This document shows, piece after piece, positions 40,860 through 51,757 of a stretch of DNA of 64,000 nucleotides; positions within the stretch are counted from its first letter, which is position 1; each line of letters starts with the position of its first letter. The stretch is taken from positions 4,448,001 to 4,512,000 of the forward strand of contig OY769902.1 in the NCBI GenBank assembly GCA_963669175.1, in the 5' to 3' direction. The notes under the pieces were generated by a model. It was not told the DNA's origin and did not search any database. It saw nothing but the letters and a program-made list of their open reading frames with translations. Position numbers and translations under genes: made by a program. The stretch is from a bacterium (GTDB lineage Bacteria > Electryoneota > Electryoneia > Electryoneales > Electryoneaceae).

Positions 40860-43433
40860 TTATTTTACCAACATAACTTTGTTTACCTGTTCCAGATGTC
40901 CGTGTATAGAGGTTCTGATCAAATACATCCCGCTGGCGAGTTCTGAACCGTCGAAGATGACATTGTTTGAACCGGAATTCATCACTCCATCTCGTAAAAC
41001 CGCCACTTGCTGCCCCAGAATATTATGTACTGTAATCCTGACTTTGCTTGTAACCGGCAGGTCAACCTTGAGCGATGTTTCCGGGTTGAAGGGATTGGGA
41101 TAGGGAGTGGAAATGCTGTATTCGCTGGGAAGTTCTGATTCTTCGACAGCCTGACTGTTCCAGGTAACCTGTACCGGGTCGCAGGCATAACCGGCATGTG
41201 GATAATAGGTATAAACAAGAAAGTAATAGTAACCGTATCCAGGTAAAGTCACCTCGTAAGTTCTTGTATTATCCGTAATTTCGGCAAGATGTGACCAGTT
41301 CATGGTTAGAGTAAAACTTTGCAGCGAAGTTGGGCCGTCAATGACTTCAGGTTCGGCCGTCCGGATACGGATCATCGGGTTTCCGCCAGCGCTCATATTC
41401 GTCCAACTGCCGTTTTCAAAGAAGACTGCCCAGCCGGGTTCCAGCGTACCATTATGGTCACGTCCGAGGTTTGCACCTTCCTCGTTCGCCCAGTCAACCG
41501 CCACCCAGGCAACACTGCCCGCATCCAGCTCTTTGACAATATCCGGCAGCTCAAACCAAAACCAGCCTGCCGATTCAGGGCTGAGAGTTGCTGATGTATA
41601 TACCGGCTCGCCGGGAAGATCGTCGCTGTCAAGGTAGAGCTGGAACCTGATTTCGGCAGATTCAATATTCTCGTCGTCAATGAAGTAAGCGCCAACAGCG
41701 GTAACGATCCTGTCCTCAGGAATTACGATTCTGCGTGCGACAGTGAAAGTGTCCGTATTCTGTGGAGGCGCCAGTGAGGATTCCGCGCTGCCGTCGTCCA
41801 GCGCAATTTCCTGATCATTAAAGAGTTGCCACCATTCCAATTGAACAGTACCTGCGCTTCGGTCGGTTAATTCTGCGTGAAAGAAACGTACCGCTTCACC
41901 TTCATACCAGTTGATACTGACTGCTTCTGAAGGGTAAGAATACGTATCCGTCCAATGCGATTTTACTGTGATCTCATATTCACCGAAATCTGCAAGAGTC
42001 ACAGAAAGTGTATTACTTTCGGTTGTGCCAAGCTGTTCATCGTTGGTAAAAACAGTATACCCGAGGAAATCGTCGGTTGTGTTTATACCGTCCCATTCAA
42101 CAACCAAAGTCCCGTTGGCAGGGTTAAGGGTTGCATGTACATTCTCCGGTGGTACAGCTTCGTAGCGGAATACCAGCTCTGCGTAACCCGGCATGACAAA
42201 ATCCGGGATTTCGACCGGTGTTGTTGTACAGACAGCGTAATGATCGTTCGTAAAATCAATTACCTGGAAATCGTCAATTGTGCCAGTGATTGCATTTGAG
42301 CGGAAATCCTCTGTTGCGAAGAAGAGCTCGTTCGGGCCTTCTTCTGCAATATGTTCATGTAAATCGGTAATGTCGAGCAACAGTACAGCGTCATCCGGAT
42401 AAGCACGACAGGTTGCCCGGTCATACCCCCAGTCGTAAAAATCGATAGAGTAGTCCGGGGCCCCGATATTGCCGATCCCGAAAGTATGGACAAGCTTGTA
42501 ACGATCCCCGTGGGTGATTTCCACACGTGCCGCCAGGGTTGGTTCGTAATCAATTTTATCTTCAGCGTAAATTGCAAAGCCACTGTTCATGGTTGCGCTT
42601 GCGATGGCTTCATAACTCATCCACCAGAAGCCCTCGTCACCCCAGCCTGTCCCCCAGGAATTGACCAGTTTGAAAGCGCCAACGCCGTCCGCGGTGACAT
42701 AGTCATCGTCAAACCCGACCACTGTGACGACATGACCACCGATCAGAGTACCGGAATGATCAGCGATACAGTACGTGTTATCGTAGTCTTCGATGTCCAT
42801 GAAGTTCTGAAAAACGTAAATATGGATCACCGCAATATTGCCATCCAGCAGGTGTTGTTTCAGGGCGTTTCGTCCGGTCTGAGTAAAGAGATTCAGGGAG
42901 TATGTTTCGTTGATACGGTATGTCATTGCGTCCCGGAATGTCGCCTCGCTGGGGAAGCTGAGGTAGTCACCTGCGCTATAGGGCATATCGGCCAGTGTCC
43001 CGCAGCCAAGCTTTTCGAAAACCTCAAAACCGTCGTAAGGTGTCGCACCGGCATCCTCACCACCGTTGATGGTGTTATACACAAAAGCCGGGCTCATGAT
43101 ATGTTCCGGCACGGTCAAATCCCAGCCGAATTCCTGCCCTTGCAGGTATGTCAGGTAATAGTAACCGGTCCCCCAGCCCGAACAACTGTTCTGCGAGGAT
43201 TGATTCCCTACCGGCGGCAGTCCTGCGGAATTGTCGCAGGATTCGTCCAGCTCGTCCAGTTCCAACGGTTGATCCATCAAGGGAGAAGGGTGTATCCACT
43301 CCGGCAGCGGTGTGTCCACAATGCCGCCGAGCCCAAATTGTGAATAATCACGCGCCAGGCAGGTTTGCGATGGTAGTGACAGAAAAACAAACAGAATAAG
43401 TCCAAGGACTGAATACAGAGTAACCTGCTTCAT
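40860..43433 (-). CDS. Secreted papain-like (C1A) cysteine peptidase with T9SS CTD
   Basis: PVGNQ..QNSCSGW (Q and C), GGHVVTVVGF (H), NSWG (N) and YPNPFN CTD. Confidence 0.9.
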   Translation of the reverse strand: MKQVTLYSVLGLILFVFLSLPSQTCLARDYSQFGLGGIVDTPLPEWIHPSPLMDQPLELDELDESCDNSAGLPPVGNQSSQNSCSGWGTGYYYLTYLQGQEFGWDLTVPEHIMSPAFVYNTINGGEDAGATPYDGFEVFEKLGCGTLADMPYSAGDYLSFPSEATFRDAMTYRINETYSLNLFTQTGRNALKQHLLDGNIAVIHIYVFQNFMDIEDYDNTYCIADHSGTLIGGHVVTVVGFDDDYVTADGVGAFKLVNSWGTGWGDEGFWWMSYEAIASATMNSGFAIYAEDKIDYEPTLAARVEITHGDRYKLVHTFGIGNIGAPDYSIDFYDWGYDRATCRAYPDDAVLLLDITDLHEHIAEEGPNELFFATEDFRSNAITGTIDDFQVIDFTNDHYAVCTTTPVEIPDFVMPGYAELVFRYEAVPPENVHATLNPANGTLVVEWDGINTTDDFLGYTVFTNDEQLGTTESNTLSVTLADFGEYEITVKSHWTDTYSYPSEAVSINWYEGEAVRFFHAELTDRSAGTVQLEWWQLFNDQEIALDDGSAESSLAPPQNTDTFTVARRIVIPEDRIVTAVGAYFIDDENIESAEIRFQLYLDSDDLPGEPVYTSATLSPESAGWFWFELPDIVKELDAGSVAWVAVDWANEEGANLGRDHNGTLEPGWAVFFENGSWTNMSAGGNPMIRIRTAEPEVIDGPTSLQSFTLTMNWSHLAEITDNTRTYEVTLPGYGYYYFLVYTYYPHAGYACDPVQVTWNSQAVEESELPSEYSISTPYPNPFNPETSLKVDLPVTSKVRITVHNILGQQVAVLRDGVMNSGSNNVIFDGSELASGMYLIRTSIHGHLEQVNKVMLVK

Positions 43434-43937
43434 AGTCCTTCCCTCCACTATGTAGCTACAGCCGGCTCGGTGAGCTATAACTTCAGGCAGCATTATCAAC
43501 GTAAAGAGCTGATGGATGATTCTCAAGATGGCACAGAGCAGGAATGGAAAGAATGTGGAATGAATTTTGGTTCAAATGTGGGGCAACAGAATTGAGGTGA
43601 AGTATTTTATGGCTGTTCACAAGAATTTGTACATACTATCGACGGGCGCGTTCCGTCAGGTCTTTGCGTGATGCCGTTTTCTTGTTTCTCTTCTGAATTT
43701 CAGACACCTGTCCAACTTCGCGCATGCAAAAACTATCATCAGGCATCACGTTGTGACCTGACGGCGAGAATGCTGATACAGGTAGCAGGTCACAACGCGA
43801 CAAAAACAGGGCGAAAGGTGGTTTTCGGTATCATCGTGCATTCTTGCAAGCATAACGAGCGCCGAAAGCGGGATGTCGCGTCAAGACCTGCCACAATATT
43901 GCCCGGATGCACAAATACATGTAGAGAATCATTTTTT

Positions 43938-45200
43938 TTATTCTGAGCTGGCTATTCCCGCCATACGTCCGGTTGAGAAAGCTGCCTGGAGATTATAGCC
44001 GCCTTTATCGCCATCCAGATCAAGAACTTCGCCGGCAAAATAGAGCCCGTGGACAAGTTTGGATTCCATCGTTTTCGGATGTATTTCCTTCAGATGAACG
44101 CCTCCGGATGTCACAAGCGCTTTGTTATAAGAACGGTGCCCTGTTATGCTGAACCTGGCTTCTTTTAACCAGCGCCGGAGACGTTTGCGCTCTTCTGCGG
44201 TCACCTGGTGTCCCAGTTTATCTGGGTCTATTCCATTCATTTTGAGGCAATATCCGATTATTCTTTCCGGTAGCAGCTCACGTAATATGTTGAATATTCT
44301 TTTTTTGCCAAACTTCTCGAGATAGTGCAGCAGTTTCATATCAAGTTGTTTTGCATCCATAGCCGGCGCCAGATCCAGGGTGATCTCCACCCTGGATTTT
44401 ACTTCCAGGGCCAGCACACACTGTTTGCTCATTTTGAGAATCGCTCTGCCACTCAAGCCCGTCCTGGTGAATTCAATCTGCCCACGTTCATCATTCACTT
44501 TTTTGTTATCAACCCAAAGGCAGACCTGCACATTTGGCATTTCGAGATCTTCTACTTCAGCGGGGATCTGTTCTTTCGTAACTAGCGGTACAAGTGCCGG
44601 GATAACAGGTGTTATTGTATGCCCAGCCTCCCTGGCCCAACGGTATCCGTCACCAGTTGAACCAGTTCCAGGATAACTCTTCCCCCCTGTAGCAACAATA
44701 ACTTTCGCTGCAAGAATATCTTCCGACCTGGAATTCCCTCTTTCAACAATGTTACATCTTATGCCTTCTATGGCGCCATTCTTGATCATAAGGCCTGCTA
44801 CTTCCACATCATTGCGGAAAATCACCTGGTTTTTAAGGTTATATCTCACCAGTGCATCCAGAACATCCTTCGCGTTTTGGCTTTTCGGAAAGATTTGTCC
44901 ATTATTCTCTTCCATTGTCGCTACACCCAGATCATGAAAAAGCTGAATTGTCTGATTCGGTGAAAACCCTTGTAACGCCTGACGAAGCCAGCGTCCATTT
45001 TTGCCGTAATGTCCATAATACTGTTCGATGGGCTCACTGTTGGTGATATTGCACCGTCCCATTCCGGTAAGGATGAGCTTCCGTCCCGGACGGTTCATCT
45101 TTTCCAGCAACAATACCCGGGCGCCACGTTCCGCGGCTGTTCCTGCGGCAACCAGTCCGGCCGCGCCCGCGCCGATGACAATGAGATCAAAATTTTGCAT
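43938..45200 (-). CDS. HI0933/BaiN-like flavoprotein oxidoreductase
   Basis: GAGAAG, GRK..LTG.GRCNITN, ATGG.SYP.TGSTGDG and GGYNLQAA motifs. Confidence 0.95.
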   Translation of the reverse strand: MQNFDLIVIGAGAAGLVAAGTAAERGARVLLLEKMNRPGRKLILTGMGRCNITNSEPIEQYYGHYGKNGRWLRQALQGFSPNQTIQLFHDLGVATMEENNGQIFPKSQNAKDVLDALVRYNLKNQVIFRNDVEVAGLMIKNGAIEGIRCNIVERGNSRSEDILAAKVIVATGGKSYPGTGSTGDGYRWAREAGHTITPVIPALVPLVTKEQIPAEVEDLEMPNVQVCLWVDNKKVNDERGQIEFTRTGLSGRAILKMSKQCVLALEVKSRVEITLDLAPAMDAKQLDMKLLHYLEKFGKKRIFNILRELLPERIIGYCLKMNGIDPDKLGHQVTAEERKRLRRWLKEARFSITGHRSYNKALVTSGGVHLKEIHPKTMESKLVHGLYFAGEVLDLDGDKGGYNLQAAFSTGRMAGIASSE

Positions 45201-45402
45201 GGTTGAAGGTTCTCAACTGCTGATGAGTCGGTCTATCTCGCAATGCCAAAATAGCCATAACAACTTTGTATGTATAGGGTTTCTCGAGAATACTTGCTGT
45301 TTATACTGGTCGTAAACGTTCCTTGGTTCGAGTACTTATCATTATGAAATTCTTCCCTAATGGAGACTTTGCTGGACTGTTATTGTTCAAATCTGCTATC
45401 TA

Positions 45403-46567
45403 CTAGTGCCAGTTTAGATCAAGTCTGAGTGTTGAGTCGTTTTTGAAAGTAGTGCGTATAAGGGGTAGGTTAACAAGGAGGTTCTGATGTCTACCCCAGT
45501 GAAGCTTCGTTCTTTGACAGTCGATGAAGGTCATTCCCTTCAACGGATTCGTGATCGTAGTCCTGATCCCGTAGCCCGTCGCCGTGCGATGATTTTGTTG
45601 GCGACAGATACCGGCCTGTCCCCTGTGCAGCTTCAGCAGCAACGGATGGGGCATGCCAGTTACATCCGCAAGATCGTTCATGCTTTCAATGAACAGGGTC
45701 TTTCCTGTGTTGGCAGTCAGTACAAAGGCCAGAAGCCGCTCAAGTTCGATGCTGCTGTCCAGAAGCAGATCGTTGACGTTGTTGTTACGCCGCCAGACCA
45801 TCTCGGCTTACCCTTCGGCCAATGGTCCCTGGAGAAGCTTCGCGATTATCTGGTCGCAGAAGGCATCATCGAATCGATCAGCCTGCCGCACCTGCGCTGG
45901 TTGCTGCACAAGAATAAGATCAGCTATCAGCAGAGTAAGACATGGAAACAGTCTCCGGACCCCGAGTTTGACAGAAAAAAAAACGCATCCGACGTCTCTA
46001 TGACGCGCCGCCGAAGGCAAACCGGCGCGTGATCTGCTTTGACGAGTTCGGGCCGCTGGAGATCCGGCCCCACGCGGGTGCGAGCTGGCATCCTCACAAG
46101 CAACCCGTCCGTCTGCCGGCTACCTATACGCGTACCCATGGCACGCGCTATCTGCTGGCAGCGTATGACATCCACAGTGATCAATTGTGGGGCTGGCAAC
46201 GTCCAAACCAGCGGTGGCCAGAGGTGTTGGCGTTCTTCAAAAACATTCGGAAACGTTATCCGTCCACTGTCCGGCTCTACATCATCCTCGACAACCGTGG
46301 CTCGCATAAAAAAGCAGAAATCAGACAATGGGCCAAACGAAACCGGGTCACGCTGGTCTTCACGCCGACCTATGCATCATGGCTGAACCGCATCGAAGCT
46401 CACTTCGCCGCATTGAAAAAATTCGCGCTACGAGGACGAACCTTCATGGACCATCAAGAACAGGGCCAAGCTATCCAGGCTTATCTGCGATACCGAAACA
46501 AACACAAGCTGAAAGGTCAGTCAGACCATCGCGATAAACGAGTTAACTTGATCTAAAATGGCACTAG
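45403..46567 (+). mobile_element. IS630-family insertion sequence, copy 2
   Basis: Same 1165-bp length, same ends and identical ORF translations as copy 1; CTAG target. Confidence 0.95.
45487..46556 (+). CDS. IS630 transposase (-1 frameshift)
   Basis: Translations identical to those of 12499-13568. Confidence 0.9.
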
Positions 46568-46775
46568 TATTAGCGGGCTTTAGCCCGCTCTTTTTAGCAC
46601 CCGGCTTCAGCCCTGTCTCTTACCCACATCTTCTGAAAGCTGTATCAGTAAAAGAGTTGTGGACATAGCATTTTTAGAATCCCGGCGGGATTCCCTATTT
46701 TAGCATAGTGTACAGGCCGTCTGTTTGGCCTGTACACTATGTCAGGTATTCTAACGAATAATCAACCCTGGAAGG

Positions 46776-48087
46776 CAGAACTGTCCGGTTTAACAGATCA
46801 TTTTTCTTGCTGACGTAGTGTCAGCCATATTCCGTTTTCGTTTTGTTCTTTGAGATTCTTGCCACGCATGGTTTATCGGCGTTTGCATCAACGCATGGAC
46901 AGCCAGGAACACCATCAGCCGATGAGCAGTGATTGCTTGATTGGGTGCTTGTTGCTCGATGATTCGCACCATCAGGTAGGCGATCATGGCGATCCAGACC
47001 TGGATCAACACTGCATTCATGTCGGTTCCCAGGTAGGTCTTGATCTTCAGGTTCTGCTTGATCCATTTGAAGAACAGTTCGATCTGCCAACGTTCCCGGT
47101 ACAGGTCGGCAATCACCAGCGCATCCACATCAAGCAGGTTGGTCAGGAACTCAAGATCGTTGCCGGTTTCGGGATCGACGAAGCGGATCAGGCGCAACGG
47201 TTCGGGGCAGTTAACGCCGCAATCGCCGTCGAGATAACCAATCCAGTCACGTCGAACACCTGCTTTTCGGTCGCAGTGACGTCGTTCTTCATACCCGAAG
47301 CCGATGTTACGCTTGATCCGCGTGACAAAGAAAACACCTTGGTTGCATAACTGGTAGAACCAAGCGCTATCGAAGTACCCTTTGTCGAACAAGACAGTAT
47401 CGCCTGGATGGAAGCGGAACTTTCGTCCCTGGGGCATATCGTGGCCTCGCGCGGCGGTCACCCTGATGACACTTGGGATGTAGCCATCATGATCGAGCTG
47501 GGTGTGCAACTTCATCCCGCCCTTGCGTGTTCTGTATTCAGCCCAGCCGAACAGGGTCTGACACAAGGGGATCACAGTGCTGTCCAAGCTGAACAGTTTT
47601 CCGGGCACATCGAACGTATGACGCGGAAATTGATCCTTGACTGTTGCGAACAGGCTGTAGAACAGATCGCGGTAGAACATCCAGGGAACACGAAGATTTG
47701 CCTCTGCAAGAGTAGAACGGGGCGTCTGGCGTATTCCACAGCGACGTTGTACAGGTGTCAAAGCTACCGTCGCCTGCTCAATCTGGCGGAGCGATGGCAG
47801 TCCGGCCAGTTGCGCGAAAAGCATAACCGCGAAGTGCGCGCGGGCCGTCATCTTCCGAACACCTTTGTTGACCTGATACTGCGTAGCAAGATTATCAAAG
47901 AGCACAGGTTCAATCAGGGCAAGCATTTGCCCCAGAACAATGTTACCTTTCGCCATGGCTTGGTCCTCCGGTCGTGGTGAGAAAACTTGTGCAAAAGCAA
48001 TCTCAACACACGAACCTCTGGATTCAAGCCATTATTATTTCAAGAGCTCCATGGCTCCATATGCAAATCACGAACCGGACAGTTCTG
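46776..48087 (-). mobile_element. IS4-family insertion sequence
   Basis: 15-bp inverted ends cagaactgtccggtt / aaccggacagttctg; 9-bp duplication cctggaagg. Confidence 0.95.
46790..47956 (-). CDS. IS4 transposase (DUF4372 + DDE_Tnp_1)
   Basis: LDST, GMKLH, FDKGY and the YREK-type motif YRERWQIELFFK. Confidence 0.95.
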   Translation of the reverse strand: MAKGNIVLGQMLALIEPVLFDNLATQYQVNKGVRKMTARAHFAVMLFAQLAGLPSLRQIEQATVALTPVQRRCGIRQTPRSTLAEANLRVPWMFYRDLFYSLFATVKDQFPRHTFDVPGKLFSLDSTVIPLCQTLFGWAEYRTRKGGMKLHTQLDHDGYIPSVIRVTAARGHDMPQGRKFRFHPGDTVLFDKGYFDSAWFYQLCNQGVFFVTRIKRNIGFGYEERRHCDRKAGVRRDWIGYLDGDCGVNCPEPLRLIRFVDPETGNDLEFLTNLLDVDALVIADLYRERWQIELFFKWIKQNLKIKTYLGTDMNAVLIQVWIAMIAYLMVRIIEQQAPNQAITAHRLMVFLAVHALMQTPINHAWQESQRTKRKRNMADTTSARKMIC

Positions 48088-48651
48088 CCTGGAAGGGTTG
48101 CATAATACGCGATTCATATTAGTACGTTCAATAAATACAGGAAATAACGCATTTTATATTCTATACAAACCAATTGGGTGTAAATTATACGTTATGCAAC
48201 CCTTCCAGGGTTGAGATAAGGTTTGATCTTTTTCGTAGGGTAGACGCTAAACAGACAGCGTCAACCCTACGCTAAAATATACCACCCCCTCTGGGGTGGC
48301 AGAAACACGAAGATGTGAGCAAGAGACAGGGCTTCAGCCGGGGTGAAAAGATACTGAAAATCATTCTGAGCGCGCTTTAGCGTGCTTGCCTGTTACAAAT
48401 CCTGGTTCTGGAAAGCACCCTGAAGGGCGCTCGCCACTTCTAAATTGCCATGAACACCCCGGCTGAAGCCGGGTGCTAAGAAGAGCCTGCTGAAGCAGGC
48501 TGAAAACTGTTAAATCTACACAAACTTCAGGTAATCATAATAATATGGATAAATCTTCATTTCGAAGTAAAGGTCCGTTGCCGGGTTGCTGAGAACACAA
48601 AACGCGCCGTACCACTAAAAAAGTCATAGAAGCAAAAGCCCCTCTCACCAC

Positions 48652-48688
48652 TTGACAGTATGCTGTCAATTTGGTAATATGCTGTCAA
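48652..48688 (+). promoter_or_regulatory. Promoter overlapped by tandem palindromic (MarR-type) operators
   Basis: TTGACA-17 bp-TAATAT with TG extension; palindrome ttgacag-tatg-ctgtcaa plus an imperfect second copy at 48671-48688. Confidence 0.8.
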
Positions 48689-48721
48689 GTTTACTTCACA
48701 TCCAACAAGGGAGATTGCAGC

Positions 48722-49363
48722 ATGAATTCCGAAAACAAAACTGGTTTGAAAGATGTCCACTTGTTTGTGCTGGATACCATGGCAGACTGGGAGCCGGCAT
48801 TTGCTATCGCTCATATAAACCGACCCGCGCCAGGTGTAGCATCTGAATTCCGTGTGAAAACGGTTGGGATCGATCGAAAAATGATTCGATCTATGGGTGG
48901 GATAAACATTCAACCTGATATGTCTTTAGATGAGCTGACACCTGAGAAAAGCTCGATGTTGATCTTGCCCGGTTCAGAACTATGGACTGAAACATGTACA
49001 GATCCCGCACTTGCAAAAGCACAAGAGTTTGTAGATTCTGGAGTTCCGATTGCTGCCATCTGTGGCGCCACTTTTGGTCTTGCGCGAGTTGGGCTTCTGG
49101 ACAATCATCGTCACACGAGCAACGATCCCAATTGGCTTGCCTCGAGCGGATATCGTGGGATGGAAAATTACGTACTCGAACCGGCGGTTGATGATGATGG
49201 CATTATTACTGCCTCTGGGACTGCTTCACTCGAATTCGCCAAACTTATCCTCGGCAGGCTTGGAGTCGTTTCATTACCTGCACTAGCGCCTTGGTATAAC
49301 TTGTACAAAACAGGAGACCCTAAGTACTATTTTGAATTTATGGAGGCTTTGAGTCATGAATGA
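48722..49363 (+). CDS. DJ-1/PfpI family protein
   Basis: ADWE, LILPG, AAICGA and HTSN motifs. Confidence 0.9.
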   Translation: MNSENKTGLKDVHLFVLDTMADWEPAFAIAHINRPAPGVASEFRVKTVGIDRKMIRSMGGINIQPDMSLDELTPEKSSMLILPGSELWTETCTDPALAKAQEFVDSGVPIAAICGATFGLARVGLLDNHRHTSNDPNWLASSGYRGMENYVLEPAVDDDGIITASGTASLEFAKLILGRLGVVSLPALAPWYNLYKTGDPKYYFEFMEALSHE

Positions 49364-49826
49364 GCGGAACAGGTCATCCGTTGAAGTCGTAAACGGCATT
49401 GTATTAGACGTATTTAAGTTGAATGGCTATTTTGTCAAGGCGGCAGACTGTCTTACAAAAGGGAGTGAATTGACATCTGCGCGCTGGCAAGTCCTTGGCA
49501 CCGTCCTGCATGAGCAACATACAGTGCCAGAAATAGCGAGAAGTATGGGATTAACGCGTCAAAGTGTGCAACGTATTGCGGATAAACTTGTGTCGGATGA
49601 GTTGGCTGAGTTTCTACCGAATCCTGCACATAAACGCGCACAGCTCTTATCAAGTACCGAAAAAGGACTGAACTCGATAAAAACAATACGCCCCAAAGTT
49701 GTTTCATGGGCAGAAAAGGTGAATGAGCTAATCGGAGAAGGTGAGCTACATGATGCCGAAAAGGCAATCAAAACTCTCCTTGCAAAACTGATGGTAGCAG
49801 AGGAACAGCTTATTAAAAGGTGCTGA
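49356..49826 (+). CDS. MarR family regulator
   Basis: LTSARWQVL, TRQSVQR and NPAHKRA motifs. Confidence 0.9.
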   Translation: MNERNRSSVEVVNGIVLDVFKLNGYFVKAADCLTKGSELTSARWQVLGTVLHEQHTVPEIARSMGLTRQSVQRIADKLVSDELAEFLPNPAHKRAQLLSSTEKGLNSIKTIRPKVVSWAEKVNELIGEGELHDAEKAIKTLLAKLMVAEEQLIKRC

Positions 49827-50055
49827 TTTTTGGGGAAGTAAATATAATTGGGGGTTAAGTAGAAACGGCGACAGTTCCATGTCGCCGATTATTGCTCCCC
49901 AGAAAGTTGCTTATAAAACTCTCTCTAAAATTTTTCGCGGCTTGTAACTTGTTGTTATTATGATACTCCAAAATCAACTTGGGAAAATATTGGTAATTTT
50001 CAATGTAGATTGACGCAAGCAAATTTATAACTAATTCAATTCTACAACTGTATAT

Positions 50056-50988
50056 CTACTTCTTCTCATTAAACAAATCAATTTGGGGTTTTCGTTGTTC
50101 ATTATCGGTTTGACCATAAATATCTTTAACGGATATTTCGAAGCGCTCAATTGCATCTCTGTGATTTTTCAAGAACCACTTCTTGTGATCAGTAAGATAT
50201 TTCTCTCTATGTTCTGCATTCCTTAAATCTAGCGGTACTCTTTCCATTCGAGGATCAATACTGTCAAATCCATTGAATTCTTTTTTCAAACGATCCTTTA
50301 TCGTCTTACCATAATCTGGATTAATTTCAATCCCAATTGCATCTCGGTCTGTCTGCTGGCAAACCCGCAAAGTGGTACCGCTTCCAGCAAAAGGATCTAA
50401 TATTCTATCACCAACATCCGAAGAAGCTAAAACCATTCTCTCGATTAAACCCTCAGGTTTTTGTGTAGGGTGATTTTGACGATTTCCATTGCAATAATGA
50501 ACATGCGAGAATTCCCAAACATCTCCAGGATTTGCACCTCTCATGTTATTTCTCTGGCGATAGTATTTTTGAGGGATGCGAATATCATCTAAATTAAATT
50601 TGTAACTCTTTGATTTCGAGAACATTAAAATATCATCATGTCGAGGCGAAAATCCTTTCTTCTTACCTATACCCTGAGTATAGTGCCAGACAATCCAGTT
50701 TACAAAGAACATTTTATTATCGCGATCAAGAATATCATAAAGGTATGATATAAAACGAAATCCCATGAAAACATACAAGGTACCTGTTTCTTTCAGAATT
50801 CTATTAGCCTCTGAAAGCCAGATTCTTGAAAACTCAAGGTATTCCTCGAATCCTCTAATATCGTGATTATTACCATAATCCTTCCCAAGGTTATAAGGAG
50901 GATCTGCAATAATAAGATCAATACTGCCAGACTCTATTGCTTTCATCTGTTCAGCAGCATCCCCAATGATGATATCAGTTTTACTCAT
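50056..50988 (-). CDS. N6-adenine/N4-cytosine DNA methyltransferase (beta class)
   Basis: DPPY precedes HPTQKP and DPFAGSGT. Confidence 0.95.
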   Translation of the reverse strand: MSKTDIIIGDAAEQMKAIESGSIDLIIADPPYNLGKDYGNNHDIRGFEEYLEFSRIWLSEANRILKETGTLYVFMGFRFISYLYDILDRDNKMFFVNWIVWHYTQGIGKKKGFSPRHDDILMFSKSKSYKFNLDDIRIPQKYYRQRNNMRGANPGDVWEFSHVHYCNGNRQNHPTQKPEGLIERMVLASSDVGDRILDPFAGSGTTLRVCQQTDRDAIGIEINPDYGKTIKDRLKKEFNGFDSIDPRMERVPLDLRNAEHREKYLTDHKKWFLKNHRDAIERFEISVKDIYGQTDNEQRKPQIDLFNEKK

Positions 50989-51757
50989 CTGTCTTGATCC
51001 AACCATTATTCACTGCTAACTCGTACCACTGATCAAATCCTTTTTTCGAACTAATGAATTTTCTATCTAATAATTGACAAAATTCCCACGTAGTTCTAGT
51101 GGTAAGTGAAACATAGTGAATATCTCTAACTTGTATTTGTCCTGTTCCAAGTGCCGGATTATAACTAATATCAGAATTTGATAGTAATTTTAGATCATAT
51201 GCATTGTGACCAACAACTTCCATTATTCCATCCATCAAACCGGTTTCACCGTTTTTATTTGAATATACTCTGTGTTTTAATGATAAAATGATGAACAAAT
51301 AGTCAGGGTCTTCAATATAGGCTGTTCTAATTCTTTTAAATGAAGTAATATTTGGCGATTTACCGCTAGATTCAAAATCTTCTGAAGTAGCTTTAACATC
51401 CACTTCAGCTGTAACACCTGATTCTAATTTTCTCGTCATTCTAAACTGTAAGATAATATCTGCCATATTGAGGCGTTGTTGAGCCTCAACATTAATGAGC
51501 TGATATTTGTTTTGTTTGTCTTCCATAACATTATGAAACGTCTCACAAGCCCAAGCCTCGACCATTGGGCCTGCAATCTTGTTGATGTTCTCCATAGGAA
51601 GACCCAGCTTCAAATTCGTATTGATGATTATTTGGTTTTTACCTTCATCAATAGCCGTTTGCATAATTTCTTCTATTGATTTGGTGACAAAATTCGAACA
51701 TTGTTCGTAATCATAACACTGCTTTGGAATCTTGAAAATCAAATCGTCGTAGCTCAT
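50981..51757 (-). CDS. Putative type II restriction endonuclease
   Basis: Overlaps the MTase start; E...MAD...DVK PD-(D/E)xK-like pattern; AT-rich. Confidence 0.7.
   Translation of the reverse strand: MSYDDLIFKIPKQCYDYEQCSNFVTKSIEEIMQTAIDEGKNQIIINTNLKLGLPMENINKIAGPMVEAWACETFHNVMEDKQNKYQLINVEAQQRLNMADIILQFRMTRKLESGVTAEVDVKATSEDFESSGKSPNITSFKRIRTAYIEDPDYLFIILSLKHRVYSNKNGETGLMDGIMEVVGHNAYDLKLLSNSDISYNPALGTGQIQVRDIHYVSLTTRTTWEFCQLLDRKFISSKKGFDQWYELAVNNGWIKTDE

Larger units (their letters stand above)
46613..48329. mobile_element. 396-bp MITE copy B, interrupted by IS4
   Basis: Same ends; duplication ggcttcagcc; 1717 - 1312 - 9 = 396 bp. Confidence 0.9.
46572..48501. repeat. REP-like host element B containing MITE copy B and IS4
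   Basis: Six ctWWag/ctgaag/cttcag-centred hairpins; about 203 bp after removing the inserts. Confidence 0.85.

Noticed and set aside
42486-43343. 285-aa plus-strand ORF
   Set aside because: Antisense shadow of the C1A peptidase.
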